NCBI GenBank assembly: GCA_964036045.1
Contig: OZ038378.1
Coordinates: 175,894,001-175,958,000, forward strand
Origin: Eutreptiella sp. 'Long Island Sound 2002'
Taxonomy: Eukaryota; Protista; Euglenida
Direction: 5' to 3'
DNA length: 64,000 bases
A program made the translations under genes and the position numbers. The notes beneath the pieces are model-generated. The model searched no databases and was not told the origin of the DNA. It worked only from the letters and a program-made list of their open reading frames with translations. Below are positions 24,980 to 37,959 of the stretch, one piece after another; the first letter of the stretch is position 1, and the number at the start of each line of letters is the position of its first letter.

Positions 24980-25490
24980 GATGTGCCATGCTTTTCACAT
25001 TGAGCTAGCCATGGTCTCTGCTTCGTAAATATTGATGGTGTCGACAGATCAATGTGCAGCCCCCTACCCCGGGTACCAGTTTTGCCCACAAGTACCCCAA
25101 ATGGCTATTGAATTGTGGTTTTTTCCTCTTATTGTAGGTGTTGATGTTTTGGGGGTGCAAGACAATTATTTCCAGCTTGGGGTTCCCGTGGTACCTCGTG
25201 CAGCCGTGCAGCCCAGAGCGCACCTGCGGCACGCAAAAATACCCCCGTGTGGTGTCCCTTTGACGATGTGCACTGCAAAGATTTCAAATGAGGACACTCA
25301 GCAACGATTGTGTTGCCATTTCGCCGACGCAATTGCAATCATAAACCTCCCCTATGGCACGCGTGTACAGCACCATGAGGTCCACACACGCTTGTTCTTG
25401 GAGACCACCACAGTCTATCTGGCCATATGTGAGACTATGACCTGTGCACAGAATGGCTACTGTGTCCAGTGTGTATTCTCTGGTTGCCAC
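24980..25490 (-). mobile_element. Probable degenerate LINE endonuclease fragment in intron 2
   Basis: GQIDCGGLQEQACVD and GYLWAKLVPGVGGCTLICRHH resemble APE motifs. Interrupted by stops. Confidence 0.3.
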
Positions 25491-25679
25491 ACGAGTGATG
25501 CATGTGTGTATCCTGCAAAATGAGCTGTGGCTGCACGCGTGGGGACATGCCTGTCCCAGTCTCTGTTGAGCTCCAGGGTGGCCTCTTGCATGTTGTAAAG
25601 ATCTTCATGTTCACGGAGAACTTGTTTGTGCATCAGGGGGCCAGTTGCCAGGGCAGGTGTACGCCGTGGACCCTGAGTT

Positions 25680-25825
25680 GTTTGTGTTGTGTTGTGTGGT
25701 GTGGTGTGGTGTGGTGTGGTGTGGTGTGTAGCGTGTGGTGTGTGGCGTGTGGCGTGTGGCTGTGGCATGGTGTGTGGCATGGCGTGGTGTGGTGTGTGGT
25801 GGCGTCTGGTGTCGTGTGGTGTGAT
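25680..25825. repeat. (GTGTG/GTGGC)n low-complexity repeat
   Basis: Direct read. Confidence 0.85.
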
Positions 25826-25890
25826 TATGACCAAAACTCCATATTCATGCCCTACACCACTGCTTTCATCCTTGCTCATCTGGTCTGCAG

Positions 25891-26239
25891 GGATCACTTG
25901 CAGCTTGTCAGCGACACTATGGCATACCAAAACCTGCCTCCTGACTTCCGCAAGGATGTGCTGTCGTATTATAAGTATAAGTTCAAGAGTACGTGTTCGG
26001 TTGGGTCAACCCAGGAAGACCCCATTGACGACCTCCCGGAGGACCTGCGAACCAAACTGGACTGGGCTGTTGGGGCAGAAATGCTAAGACGTGTGCCCAT
26101 CTTCAAAGAAGCGTGTCAGAACCGGGACTTCGTGTCGATGATGGTCCAGAAATTGCAGAGCCAAGCACTGATGCCGGACACGATGGTGTTCCACCGTGGT
26201 ACCATGGGGAACTGCATGTACTTTTTAGTCAACGGCCAG
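25891..26239 (+). CDS. Channel exon 3 (C-linker and first half of CNBD1)
   Basis: Acceptor CTGCAG|G at 25890 completes an AGG (Arg) codon. DHLQLVSDTMAYQNLPPDFRKDVLSYY...VPIFK...GTMGNCMYFLVNGQ. Donor CAG|GT at 26239. Confidence 0.92.
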
Positions 26240-26379
26240 GTGGCGATGTGTTCATGCATTTCATTTATGTGCAAGGCAATCTGCTAAACTGTTGTTTTCT
26301 CCCCCCTGGCAGCGTAAGATGATGCATTATGCTTCGTGAATATTGCTCTTTCATTCTTTTGCACGAGGCGTATTGACGT

Positions 26380-26875
26380 TGTTGTTATAGTTGTCTCATT
26401 GTTGTTGTTCTTATTTGTTGCTGGGGGGATCGCTATGCTAGCAGTCAGCATCGCCGTTGCCGATGCTGTTGCTGCAGCATGTCATCGCTATTATTGTCCC
26501 TGTCAATGTTGTCGCCATTTTTGTTGTTGCTGTTGCTGATGTGGTTATGGCTGCTGCTGCTGCTGCTGCTGCTGCTTTAGTGGTACTGGTGTTTGTTAGC
26601 GTTTGCGTTTCCGTGACTGCTGCTGTTGCTGTGCCACCTCTCGTTGTTGTTGCTGTTGTGCTTAGGGTACTGCTGCCGTAACTGTTGCTGGTCTTTTTGT
26701 TGTTGTCGCAGCTGCTGGTGCTTGTAGTTGCCGCTGTTGTTGTCGTTTTGGTGGGTTGTCGTTTAGTAGTTGTTGCCAGCGTCGATGTTGTGCTTATTGC
26801 TGCTGCTGCTGCTGCTGCTGATTGTTTTTGTGGACCGCGATGTTATTGTTGTTATTGTTGTTGATTCGTTGCTGT
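26380..26875. repeat. (GTT/GCT)n trinucleotide low-complexity tract
   Basis: Direct read. Confidence 0.85.
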
Positions 26876-26935
26876 CAAGTTTCACACTGTATTTTAGATG
26901 TCCTGTGCCTAGAGTTCATTCGTTAATCAATGCAG

Positions 26936-27205
26936 GTAGCCGTCCTGGACGACAATGGGAAGGAAATCGTGACACTGGGGAGTGGGTCCTTTTTCGGGGA
27001 GATTGCAGTGCTGAGCTCCACTGAACGGACCGCGTCCATTCTGACGAAGACCTACTGCCACGTGCTTGTGCTGAGCAAAGCTGATTTTGCATCCGTGGGA
27101 GAATTGTTTCCCGAAAGCGTAAAGTCCGTGTCTGATCAAGCACAGTCTCGCATCGCGGCAGTACAAAAGATTCAGGAGGAAGCGCGCCGGAAATTGTTGA
27201 GCAAG
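26936..27205 (+). CDS. Channel exon 4 (second half of CNBD1)
   Basis: Acceptor TGCAG|GTA. VAVLDDNGKEIVTLGSGSFFGEIAVLSSTERTAS. Donor AAG|GT at 27205. Confidence 0.92.
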
Positions 27206-28187
27206 GTTCTTGGAGCCCCTGTGCATCCTCTACAGCCTAGGACCTGTCTACATATGTACCCCAGAATCCTTGTACTCATTCGGGGGCAAGTCTTCTGGTG
27301 TGGGGATGATGCGGAACCCCCCCTTCACTGGCCTCCAGCTGCACTGAGTTAGCAAAGGTCGCCGGGCTTGGGTCTGACTTGGCCAGAGGCACCGGCCGTC
27401 AATAGGTAAAATTTTTGTCTGTGGCAGTCAACCACAACAATGTCCATGATGCATGCATGTCCATCACATGTTGCTAAGATGATGGAATGTGGAGGAAGGT
27501 TCTTTAACCGTCTTCTCCAAGCTGGTGGAACCCAGTCTTTCAAGCACCACCTTCCTTCTTAGTGTTTGACTGCCATGTATAGCCTTAGACACCCGTGTGG
27601 TGATAGATAATGATGAATGGGAACATTCGCAAGCTATCTCCACACCAAGATCGAAGGTCAAATGTTTGTCAAACGCCCCTGTCCCTTGTGGCCCACTTTG
27701 GACCCGATCTTTCTATACCCTCAACCCCTGCAGTACCAGGCTGTGTATATGAGGAATAATTTTCTGAGGCAGGAGGTCTGGGTGGATCCCGTGAAAGGCT
27801 GCTCAGTCAAATTTGATTCTCCAAAACGTTGGAGTTTTTCAGGGGCATGCTGGTGTCAGGGCCAGAAGACTTGCCCCACCTCCAGAGTTGAGGCTTGACT
27901 CTGGCAGGGATTTTCTTTGCATCCAGCAGCCTCTGGTAGGGAGCCGCCCTTGCATTGTGCAGCCTCCGGCAGAGACTTGACTCGCATTCAGCAGCCTCCG
28001 GCAGGGTAAACACCACTCTCCCAGAAGCATAAATATACGCTTCTGGGAGGGCGGGGTCGGAAATTCCACTCCTGTCCACCTGCGCCCCACTCCCGTACCC
28101 CTGTCCTCTGAACACCTGTGCTCCTGTGCCCCCATCCCCCTGCACGCTTCTACCGCTGTGCCCCGGCATTCTGGACCCCGTGGTCAG

Positions 28188-28397
28188 GTCCCCATTTTCA
28201 CTGAGGCCACAAAGGACGAGCTTTTCACGGATCTGATGGTGCGGTCCCTGAAGTCCAAGGTCTACCAGCCGGAGGAGCTCGTGTGTCGCAAGGGCGAGGA
28301 GGGTGACTGCATGTACTTTGTTGCGGATGGAACCCTCGCCGTCCTGAACAGCAAAGGAGAAGAGGTGGCGGAGCTCGGCACGGGGTCCTTCTGCGGG
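28188..28397 (+). CDS. Channel exon 5 (first half of CNBD2)
   Basis: Acceptor TCAG|GTC. VPIFTEATKD...GEEGDCMYFVADG...GTGSFCG. Donor GGG|GT at 28397. Confidence 0.92.
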
Positions 28398-28789
28398 GTG
28401 TGTGATGCCTCGTTGTATGTCGGCGCGTGCCCAGAGAGACCGAGGGCTCTCATCACAAGAACGCTGGGGTTCAGGCCGACGACATTGCAAGGGTTGCCGC
28501 AGGCCACTGCGACTGAGACCCAGGGTGGCCCTTGGTTAATGGAACCCTGGCCCCTTCCCCAACTCAGGGCCGCCCTCAAGAACCCCTCCCCCCCCCCCAA
28601 AAAAAAGGGGGTTCCCCAGCTGTTAGCGGTAGCCGGGCAGGCTGTCCACCTCTCGCAGTTTATTTGGAACCCACCCTCTCCACCCATGGGCACCCAAGCC
28701 ACCCATCCACGAGTGGAGGATTCCCTCCTCAAAAGGCGAACACGTACGTGCACCCGGAGGCACCAACCGGCATACTCGTTCAGCCTTTA

Positions 28790-29170
28790 CACCCTCTCAA
28801 AGGCCGGCGTTTACCGGCCACCTGCTGGCGGTTATCGGCCAACCGACAGCGGCGAACCAGCTGCGGTGCTTTCCGATTTTAAGGCGAGGGTGGTCAGACG
28901 GTGGTTGCCGCAGCGCAGACGGCCGTAGGGCGTCAATCGACGGCGGCTGGTGGCAGGCCCCTCAGCCGACAGAAGCGGGATGGACACGAACACTCGCCAC
29001 AGGCCACATATGTCGTGCAGGGTGGTCCTTCAGAATTTTCACAGTTTTTTTTTTTTTTTTTTGCATTCAGACCCGCCCCAAGCGATCGCTCTAGTCAACC
29101 TCAAATTGTCGGTTCCCCTCCAACCGCCGTCGGTTACCATCCAACCGTTAGGGGTTGACGGACGCCAGGC
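28790..29170. repeat. GGCGGTTG/CAACCGCC-rich dispersed repeat
   Basis: Recurrent CCAACCG/CGGTT motifs. A similar sequence occurs at 48720-48790. Confidence 0.45.
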
Positions 29171-29502
29171 ATTTTTGCTCTCGACCACCTCCCTGGTGTC
29201 GTGCAATACATGAGTGCTGGCGGAGGGGGAGGATGTGATGGATGAGCAACGGAAAGATCGCCACCGAGAGGAGGTAGCCAAGGCTGAACAGGCGCTGCAA
29301 CGCCACAAGGGAACGTCGGAACACCTTAAGGAAGCGTCATGTTCAGGTGTCGATGTCCGTTGTGGAGGGAGCCCCCCCCCCCCCCTCTCCCCCGCCTTCA
29401 ACTGATTTCCTGTTGGTGCCTGTGCACTGATCCCTAGCGTAGCGCACCGACTGCAAAACAGCATGGCAAAGGACAGGAATAGAAAGTACGTCGCGCTTGC
29501 AG

Positions 29503-29889
29503 GAGGTAGCAATTCTGGAGAAGATCGAGCGCACCGCCAACATCCAGGCCAAGACCTTCTGTACGACGCTACTGCTAAGTCGGCGCGACTTCGAGGCGAT
29601 GGAGAAGCAGTATCCGGCAGCGACAGACCTCATTCGGGAGGTGGCCAGGCCCCGTATTGAGCAGATACTGCATGGGCAGCTGCAAGACAAAGCCCAACTA
29701 ATTGCCAGCGTCCCGATTCTGCAGCCGGCTGGCGAAGACTGGTATTTTTTAACGAATTGTGCGCAGTGCTTGACCCCGAAGCTCATGGACGCGGACAAGT
29801 ACGTGTTCAAGCGCACGCAGCGCGCGGACTGCATGTATTTTGTGTCGGATGGCGAAGTGGTGGTGCTGGGCGACGATGGAATGGAGAAG
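29503..29889 (+). CDS. Channel exon 6 (end of CNBD2, start of CNBD3)
   Basis: Acceptor TGCAG|GAG. EVAILEKIERTAN...VPILQ...ADCMYFVSDGEVVVLGDDGMEK. Donor AAG|GT at 29889. Confidence 0.92.
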
Positions 29890-29940
29890 GTCATTAGTGC
29901 CCACCACATTGCAATGTGTATGTTAAGTTGTCAATTTTTC

Positions 29941-30240
29941 TTTTGCAGTAAACGCGAGTACAAAAAAAATCGTACAGTCGTGTAGTTTTTTTTTTTTGCG
30001 GTAAAGGGGAGCACAAAAAATCGTATCGGCGAGTACTGCAAGACTGGGTACTCGCGTTTACTGCAAAACAGAAAATTAGATGACGTACGATTCTTTGGTA
30101 CTTGCGTTTACCGCAGAAAAACAAAACAAAACAATTGCACGATGTACATTTTTGGGTACTCTCAGTTATCGCGAAACAAAAGCAATTACACGAATTACAA
30201 TCTTTTTTTGCACTCACGTTTGCAGCGGAAAAACATTACA
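29941..30240. repeat. Foldback element with a perfect 21-bp inverted repeat
   Basis: TTTTGCAGTAAACGCGAGTAC (29941-29961) and GTACTCGCGTTTACTGCAAAA (30048-30068). A further degenerate copy lies near 30098-30120. Confidence 0.8.
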
Positions 30241-31064
30241 CGCCACTCGCCTCTTCTGATTCCGTCCCCACTTTGGGGACCTCCAAGACGGCAGGGGTTA
30301 TGTAGCCATTTTGCCCACATGTGGCCCCCCAAGACAGCAGGGGCCCACAGTATGTAGCCACCTTTGATTCCCTCGCCGCGCTGGGCGCTGGGGACCCCTG
30401 GGGTACCCCAAAACGTTTTTTTTGTTAGAAGATCACCTCATCCGTACCTGCCAGGCTCATTAAAACCAAGGCACCACCGGACGGGTGAGCAGGGACAGTC
30501 TGACAGGACTACGAGTGGGGGGGAGCTTCCGAGGGACCAGTCTGCTATGGTAGACTTTGCTGTGCCGTGACCGGCAGTGGCGGAGTCAAAGCCCCCCCCC
30601 CCCCCCCCAAACACTCTCCCATCCCCACGGGCACACTTCCCCACAACCGCACACGCCGTCGTTTCGGGCGGGCGGAGCGGGCTATGGCGGCGAGTATGCA
30701 CCTGGCTGCCGCGATGGGGGGTTCAGCGGCAGACATGGGCAGCGCCGTCATGGCAGCGGTGAATTTACGGAAGTGCTGTTCGTACCGGCGTGCCATGGAG
30801 GGTTGTGGACGCGGCCGGCTGGTCATGTGGCCTCCTACCCACACTCTGGAGGCATGCTGTCACAAAACACAGCCAACTGCGTAAACCGCGGAAGACTCCA
30901 CCCGCAGAGCTACGGCACTTTTCCTGTTCAACGCCCCCAACACCCCGTTTTCCACCAGTCGTTTGTGGGTGTGTGGCAGGGGAACAGCCCCTCCACCCCC
31001 TCCCGCACGGCATGTGTAGTGTGGGTTTGGCATGGAACAGGCGGTTGCCCTCCCTCTCGCACAG

Positions 31065-31247
31065 GTCACCCTCGGCCCGGGATCGTTCTTTGGGGAAATG
31101 GCGCTGCTGCTAGAGATGGGCCGGACCGCCACCATCAAAACAAAGTCCGCCGTGAGTCTACTGGTCTTCAGTGCCGTGGACTTCCGGCACTGTCTCCAGC
31201 AACATCCAGACATCGCACACGCTATCGAGAAGGCCGCAGCGGAACAG
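31065..31247 (+). CDS. Channel exon 7 (second half of CNBD3)
   Basis: Acceptor ACAG|GTC. VTLGPGSFFGEMALLLEMGRTAT...AAAEQ. Inferred GC donor CAG|GCATGC at 31247. Confidence 0.88.
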
Positions 31248-32689
31248 GCATGCCTCTCTCCTCCGTCCCATGCGGTGTGATCACTACCTCTGACCGACAC
31301 ACTGAAGGGGAAGAAAAAACACGGCCATATGACCTACGTACATCTGATGTGCATGACTTCGGTCTCTGAGAGGGAGGTAAGGCCGCTGCACCCACGAAAC
31401 ATTGCTGCAGTGCTACAGGGCGGCAGAGAGGAGAGGTATGATAGCGAACACTATTGTTTCGTTCAAACATTAGGGCATCACATACGCACACACGCACACG
31501 CACACACGCACGTGCACACACACACACCTACACACATACGCTCCCAAGGACCGCTCTAGTTGCTGTCTAACGGTCACCCTCCAAGCGCCAGCAGCTATTT
31601 TTTTGTTCTCTCAAGGACTCCCCTGCACACAGAAGTAACTTCAGTTTTTTTTTAAACATTTCTGAGGTTCTGACCTCGCAGACAGGGGGCACCACAATCA
31701 CGTGAAGGCGCTTAGTCGCATGAGCTAAATCCAATGCTGCACACGCCCCATGGGGGGCAATGGAGCCATGGGCGGGCAGGAGGAGAGGAAACATAGCCTA
31801 ACTCTGCTGCAAGCTTCTGCTTCTACATGGGCAGTGGCCAGAGAGGGAGGGCTTTGGGCTGATGTGCTGTCACGCCCTTTGCCCGCGGGGCGGACCAGCC
31901 AGCCCTGAGCTAGGTGGCCTTTTCTGCAGTGGACCCCCCCCCCCCCGTAGTGCCAGCCTATTTGATTGTCATAGTGAGTCCCTCCCTAATATGAGCGGAC
32001 GCCCCTCGGGGGGCAAGGGCGCGGAGCGGGTATGTGAGTAGCTTTGAGTATCACGGCGCCCTGGCATGGCGGGGGTTGGCGAAGCAAGGGGGGAGCAAGG
32101 ACGCGCGAATGGGCAAAAATCACAGCTCCATCATGGTGCTTCGGATTCGGCCAAAATTTTGGTGGATGCTACCTATGGGTGTGAGGGACAACCACACAAA
32201 GTATGAGCAAGAAACTCAATGGTGGCGGCCGGGAACGGGCGTCGCAAGTGCCGGACCTCCATTTCAAAATCTGCAATTCAGGGCCAAAATCAGCCTTTTT
32301 TTGTCCAAAAGTGCCATAGAACCTGCTGAAAACGACCAATTGAAAGGAAATAGTGGCTAATCTACACATGCAGCTAGACTTCCCTGTGCCAAAGGGCCCT
32401 CTAGGGCCCTCTAACTCCACAATATATCCGCGATCCGCCCCCAAAAGGCCTCCGAAAGCCCCAGAATTTGTGCACATTGGCCGCCGATAGCCCCAAACCA
32501 AAAACAGACCATATCTTGGGCTTCGTGGCTCAAAACGCGATTTCGAACGCACCTAATCCACCACAACCACCCACTTTTGGTGGTTTCCACTCCTCAAAAT
32601 TGCCCTCACCAACGCCTAGACCCCCGTACCTAGGCCCAGTGGGCGGCAAGCTGCAGGAGGTAACCCCAATAGGCGGGTGCCAAAATGGG

Positions 32690-33560
32690 TTGCCAAGGTC
32701 CACCAAGTGCAAAAAAAAATGACTTTTTTCAAAAATGATCCTAGACCACATGGAATGCCAAAACAAGTGTTTCTGGCGTGTTTTGAGCCGGTTGTGGCCT
32801 GTTGTGGCCCCCCTAAAATCCCAAAATGCCTTGAAAATGGGCTGTTTTGGGACAAAAAATGGGTCAAAAATGGGTCAAAAATGGGGTTTTCCAAGAATGA
32901 TCCTAGACCATTTGGGGTGCCTAAACAAGTGAAATGAGCCCATTTTGGGCCCACTGCAAGCCATTTTGGCCCCTCCAAAGTCACAAAATGCCTTGAAAAT
33001 GGGTTGTTTTGCGACAAAAAAATGGGTCAAAAATAGGTCAAAAATGGGTTTTTTCAAAAATGATCCTACACCATTTGGGGTGCCTAAACCCCTGTTTTGC
33101 TTGCCCATCTATCTTTCTTGAACACGGGATCACATCTATTGTTGTGTACAGATTTGTTGAAAATTTATTGTGTGTATTGTTGAACTGATTTGGTGCTTTG
33201 TCTTGTGTGATCAAGTGAAATGAGCCCATTTTGAGCCCATTACAAGCCATTTTGGCCCCTCCAAAGACACAAAATGCCTTTAAAATGGGTTGTTTTACGA
33301 CAAAAAAATGGGTCAAAAATGGGTCAAAAATGGGTCAAAAATGAGTCAAAAATGAGTCAAAAGTGCGTTTTTCCAAAAATGATCCTGGACCATTTTGGGT
33401 GCACAAACAAGTGAAAGGAGCCCTTTTTGAGCACATTGCAAGCCATTTTGGCCACGCCACAGTCACAATGCCTTGAAAATGGGCTGTTTTGGGACCAAAA
33501 AATCAGTCTAAAATGGATCAAAAATGTGGTTTTCCAAAGATACCTTTGGACTATTTGGGT
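32690..33560. repeat. Satellite with a unit of about 163 bp (about 5 units), internal AAAATGGGTC sub-repeats and an insertion of about 120 bp
   Basis: The ATGATCCT anchor occurs at 32735, 32897, 33060 and 33379. Unrelated AT-rich sequence lies at about 33090-33212. Confidence 0.85.
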
Positions 33561-33629
33561 GCGTACGTCATTTGTTGTTAAAGTCTCCTAGACAATGTTC
33601 CTTCCCCCACCAGCTCGGTCCCAATATTC

Positions 33630-33720
33630 AATCCTGGTTAGCGTTCGGGTCAGCGTTAGCGTTAATCCTAGGGCTAGGGTGAGGGTTGTCGTGAGGGTTA
33701 GTGTTTGGGTTGTAGGTTGT
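33630..33720. repeat. Degenerate telomere-like (GTTAGG/GTTAGC) tract
   Basis: GTTAGCGTTCGGGTCAGCGTTAGCGTTAATCCTAGGGCTAGGGTGAGGGTT. Confidence 0.45.
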
Positions 33721-34387
33721 GGTCACTTTGGGGAGAGAGTTGATGGATTAAGCCGCACATTCGGCTGGCCGAGTCGGCCGGCCTGTACGGTTGTACATAC
33801 AATGTACGCCGAGCCGAAATGCACGCCGAGGTCCATGTGTGGTGTATGGCGGCGAGCTGTGCATTTTAGAAAGGTTGGCATGAACTGCATTATAGGGGAT
33901 TTTCCTTCCCATGCGGTGCACTTGAGCCCCGATCAACCACACCCAGGCCCACACCCACATCCACACACCCACACACCCACACACACACACAAGTACACAC
34001 ACATGCATGCACCGAACTACCTACCCACCCACCCTCCCACACATGTGCGTCACCTATCCACCTCTGCAAGGCGCTGGGTAGCAGCGGGGTGTCTGGCGCT
34101 GCGGTTGCAGGGGACACCACAACATCATCACGCCAGAGAACAGGCCTACACCGTCGCCCACAGGGTGCAAGGCCTCACAAACTTCCAGCGCACATCAAAC
34201 GCAAGCACATACACACACATGCAGGGCTCAGGAGGTGCCTGCACACACCGACCCCCCCTGCTAAAGCAACGCCAACCCAAATAAGTCCACCCCCCCCCCC
34301 CCGCCCCCTTAATTCCCCTGCGCCTCTGCCCCAAGAGGCCACAGACGTCGGTCCCTGCGTATCTATGTGCCTCCCCTTTGTCCGCAG

Positions 34388-34693
34388 GTGGCCGCGTATC
34401 GAGCGGTCGAGGAGCAGCAAAAGGTTCTGTCGGCCCTTGACGCCCTCGCCGACATTGCAGCCTCGCCAACTGCGGCCCGTGCCAAGCGTGTCCTGACCTC
34501 ACGCAGTGCAGCGATGCACCGCAGGCCCCAGTCGTCTTTCAGTTCACCACAACTGACGAGCCGCAGCCCACCCAAAGGCGGTCTGTATCTCGCTGCCATG
34601 AGCCCCGCGAGCCCCCGATGCTCGCAACCGGCGAGTAGCCGCTGGGCCCAGAGGAGTTACCTGTCGAGGGGCAGCGTTCAGGGCGCCATGTAG
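34388..34693 (+). CDS. Channel exon 8 (Ser/Pro-rich C-terminal tail and stop)
   Basis: Pyrimidine-rich acceptor CCGCAG|GTG. VAAYRAVEEQQKVL...QGAM* continues the helical AAAEQ in phase 0. Spliced total is 2673 nt (890 aa). Confidence 0.65.
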   Translation: MAAYRAVEEQQKVLSALDALADIAASPTAARAKRVLTSRSAAMHRRPQSSFSSPQLTSRSPPKGGLYLAAMSPASPRCSQPASSRWAQRSYLSRGSVQGAM

Positions 34694-35999
34694 TGTCTCA
34701 CTCTGGCCCGAAGGACGCAGGCCTCCGTCCTTCCTTCCGTCCGCGGCATCTTTTTGCTGCGGATGTGGCACGTGGTTGCTGCGGGCAACACAACCCCCTT
34801 CGTACTGCATCCGAGTGCACACACCATAATCGGTGCCTGCAGGCGTTGTTATCTGGTGAGAAGTTTGCAACCGCTTTCCCCTTGCCTCTCCAACCGCTTT
34901 GCCAAGCCCCAGAAACCTGTTTCGTAACCATTTTTGAAACCTCACATGAGCCCCCTGCCCTCTCAGGTGCATCTCTGCACGCATTCCACTCCATTACAGT
35001 TCAAACCCGTTCCACTTCATTTCGTGGTGTCTTCCGTGACACTGTGTATTGGTTAGTATTATTAATCCCCTTATGTTGTGTCAGTGAACACATCCGTCGC
35101 GAATTTATGAGAATTGAACACTTGTTTTCAGGACAATACGCGTTGTATGTCCATGGGGCGTTGCTGCAATGGCCGTAGTCAGACATCTTACCCCCCTCCC
35201 CCCCCCCTTTGAAATCCCCTACCCCCTTGCAATCCCGGGAACCGGCAATTGGCCCAAAAAGCAGAGGAAACATTAGGCGCCGAAGAAAAATTTCCCTTTT
35301 TCCTTTAGGCCATACTAGAACTGCTGCTGTGGTGCAAGCCCCCCAGGGGGGGCATCGTCACAACATTGGGGAGGAGATTTCAAAGGGGGGGTTCAGGTAC
35401 GCTGGGTGCAGCCTATGGAGCCAGCTAGCAGTAGGCGCCTGGCAAGCAGCAAGAAACATAGACACACAAGGCAACAACAGCGGGCACCAATCATGCGACA
35501 CGCGACGTCCTGAGGAGGCGAGCATGTCGTTCTACTTGATGGATGCAGTTTGCTGCTTGCTGGCTGCTGGTTGCTGATCATCTGTCAGCTGCTGCTTCTA
35601 CTGACATGCTGACGGCCACGTGTGTTTTGTCGTCTTTCTGTCTCCTGTCTAGTACATGCAGTCGCGTAAGTTTGCTGCTGACGGAACTATTTCTGGCACA
35701 GAGTTAAGGGCAGGTAATGAACAGGCGCTTTTGCTTGAACGGATTTCTCTCCTGAAAGCGTAGCGCAAAGCGTGTTGGACCAGCACCAATTTTTTTCTTG
35801 TTTCGCGATTCCCTCCTTCTTCATGTTCCAGTTTGTTCTCAGTTGTAGTGCCCCTGTAGAACACCCCCCCTTTGCGTAAGCATTTCGTGTCTCAGCATGA
35901 CTCCCGACCCGACCCCTGTCGTACCGTTGTTCCGTGGCTTTTTTCAGACTGCTGTTTTCGTGGCCACAAACGCAAGTCGCCACTAATTTGAGGTGATTG

Positions 36000-37430
36000 G
36001 CCGCGTTCGTTTTGAGGATGGGTCATCTTTTTGCGAGCAGGCCTTGTTTTGCAAAGGCCGTTGTTGCGATGCCTTTGAAAAGGAAGCCCAAAAGCATTCC
36101 TAAGCCTCCAGCCAATGCCGCTCCAAAGCCTGCCCCAAAAGGCAAGCATCTGCACTTGTTCCAAATGACATGCAAGGTCCAAGAGACGCTGTGCGGATGT
36201 CGACCAGGCACCTATCGATCCGCGACGGGCGCGTCCCCAGCGGGCCCTGGTACTAGCAGAGGGGGTCGCGTGCCTCCGCCAACGCCAGTTCCTGGTCCAG
36301 ATCGACAAGACGCCGACTGATAAGGGCGAGGGCCAAGGACCGGGTGACCCGCAGCAAATCCCCCAACGGTGCGACGCTATCGCCCCCCAGCACGGGTTCT
36401 ATTCCACAGTCCTGGTCACCGCAGATGTAACGCCCCTGCAGAAGACTGCGTCCCTGCTTCATGTGCCCCGTATGGCGTCCTGTCTTGTTGCCGGACGAAT
36501 TTGGATGCATTTGCTAGTCCTCCTGCACCTCGTGCCTCTGGCCCCTGCACCTCCTCATCCTGGTCCCGCTCTGGCCTCCCTATGCCTTCTCGGCTGTGCC
36601 TCACCCGTACTTACCCCTGCCTTCTCTGCTTCATCGCCGCTGGATCCGGGGAACTGTGGTGCCTTGCCTTTCTCCTCCGACGTCAATGTGACTCCCGTCT
36701 CGCCAACCGTCGTGGACTTTTGGGCATCAGGCGGTTCCGCATGCCTCCCGCTGCCTCTGCACAAGCAGAGGCCAAGTTCGAACTACTCGTGTTTATCACG
36801 GGGTCATCGCACCTCAGAAAGGACCGTGCGGGTGCACGGGCTGAGGGGAACGTGCCGCAGCAGAGGCATGGCCCTAGACAAGCGTTAAGCGGAGTGTAGG
36901 AGCCGTACCGCAGGGGCTGCTGATGTGTGACCCCCCAACACCCCCGTCCCCCCCAAGCCCAACCAACCCCGAGGGCTTCATGCGTGGAGTCCGTGTGTAT
37001 GACCAGGCGTGTGTTGGTCCCTGGCATGGGAACGCAGGGGAACGCAGGGGAAGCAGGGCTATGGGATGTGGTCCTTCTGATCGCAAGGACTGTGCGACAA
37101 CATCACAGAACGCTGTGCCCTGTGCCGTCCCGCTCTGAGTGCCCACGAATTTGCGTTGCGGCTCGGGCTCCAGTGGGCGCTGCTTCTTTGGGTGCCATGA
37201 TGGGACGACGTCCCCCCCTCCCACTCTTTCCCAAGCAACGCCTTGCCTTAGCGCCGATGAAGACACGCTGTGCAGGCCCCCAACGGCGCACAGACCATCT
37301 GCGCTGTGCGTCAGGGCGCCGTGATCGCACGGACAAGTTTTTTCCATCGTCGCTATTGGCGTGCGCGATGCGCGGTGATGGACGCTGGAGACATGCGAGA
37401 GGGTGACGACTACCGTCTGTCCTGTGGCCC
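36000..37430 (+). mobile_element. Possible 5' part of a degenerate retroelement (ORF1-like plus endonuclease-like)
   Basis: Basic Pro-rich start MPLKRKPKSIPKPP, broken frames, and GLWDVVLL resembling the APE DxxLLQE motif. Confidence 0.25.
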
Positions 37431-37511
37431 AGCAACGCCGAGGCGTTGGATCCGCAAGTTTTGCGTCATGGAATTTGGCGTTGCACCTTTTGTGTCAATG
37501 CCTTTGCTGTA

Positions 37512-37515
<4 letters not shown>

Positions 37516-37593
<78 letters not shown>

Positions 37594-37765
37594 CGGTTAC
37601 GGGTGGTCGCCAGATGAAACCGAGTATACGCCGAGACGAGAAGCTGAGCTGCCCAGTGCCCTGTTTGCCTTCAGGGGTTTTGCGTTGGGAGCCTTTTGCA
37701 CAGTGCGTGTGTGTGTGTGTGTGTGTGTGTGCGTGTGCGTGTGCGTGTGTGTGTGTGTGTGTTCT
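37516..37765. repeat. (GT)n microsatellites
   Basis: Two GT tracts, direct read. Confidence 0.95.
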
Positions 37766-37959
37766 GCATGGCCTGATGAGGTGTTTGGAGACTTGTGTCC
37801 TGTGACCGACTTGCCCTGTGCTCCGTCGCATCCGCACTGGGGTATTGGTCGTTGGTTCGTTTGTCTTCCTCACGAAGTGCGTGTTTGGGTGCGTGCGTGT
37901 GTGTTCCTGCGCGCGTGCGTGCGTGCGTGTGGCCCTGACAGTGGCCCAGACGTGTGTCA

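Noticed and set aside
31655-31675. ACATTTCTGAGGTTCT, SL-like
   Set aside because: Lacks the T-tract and CG end, and lies deep in an intron with no downstream ORF.
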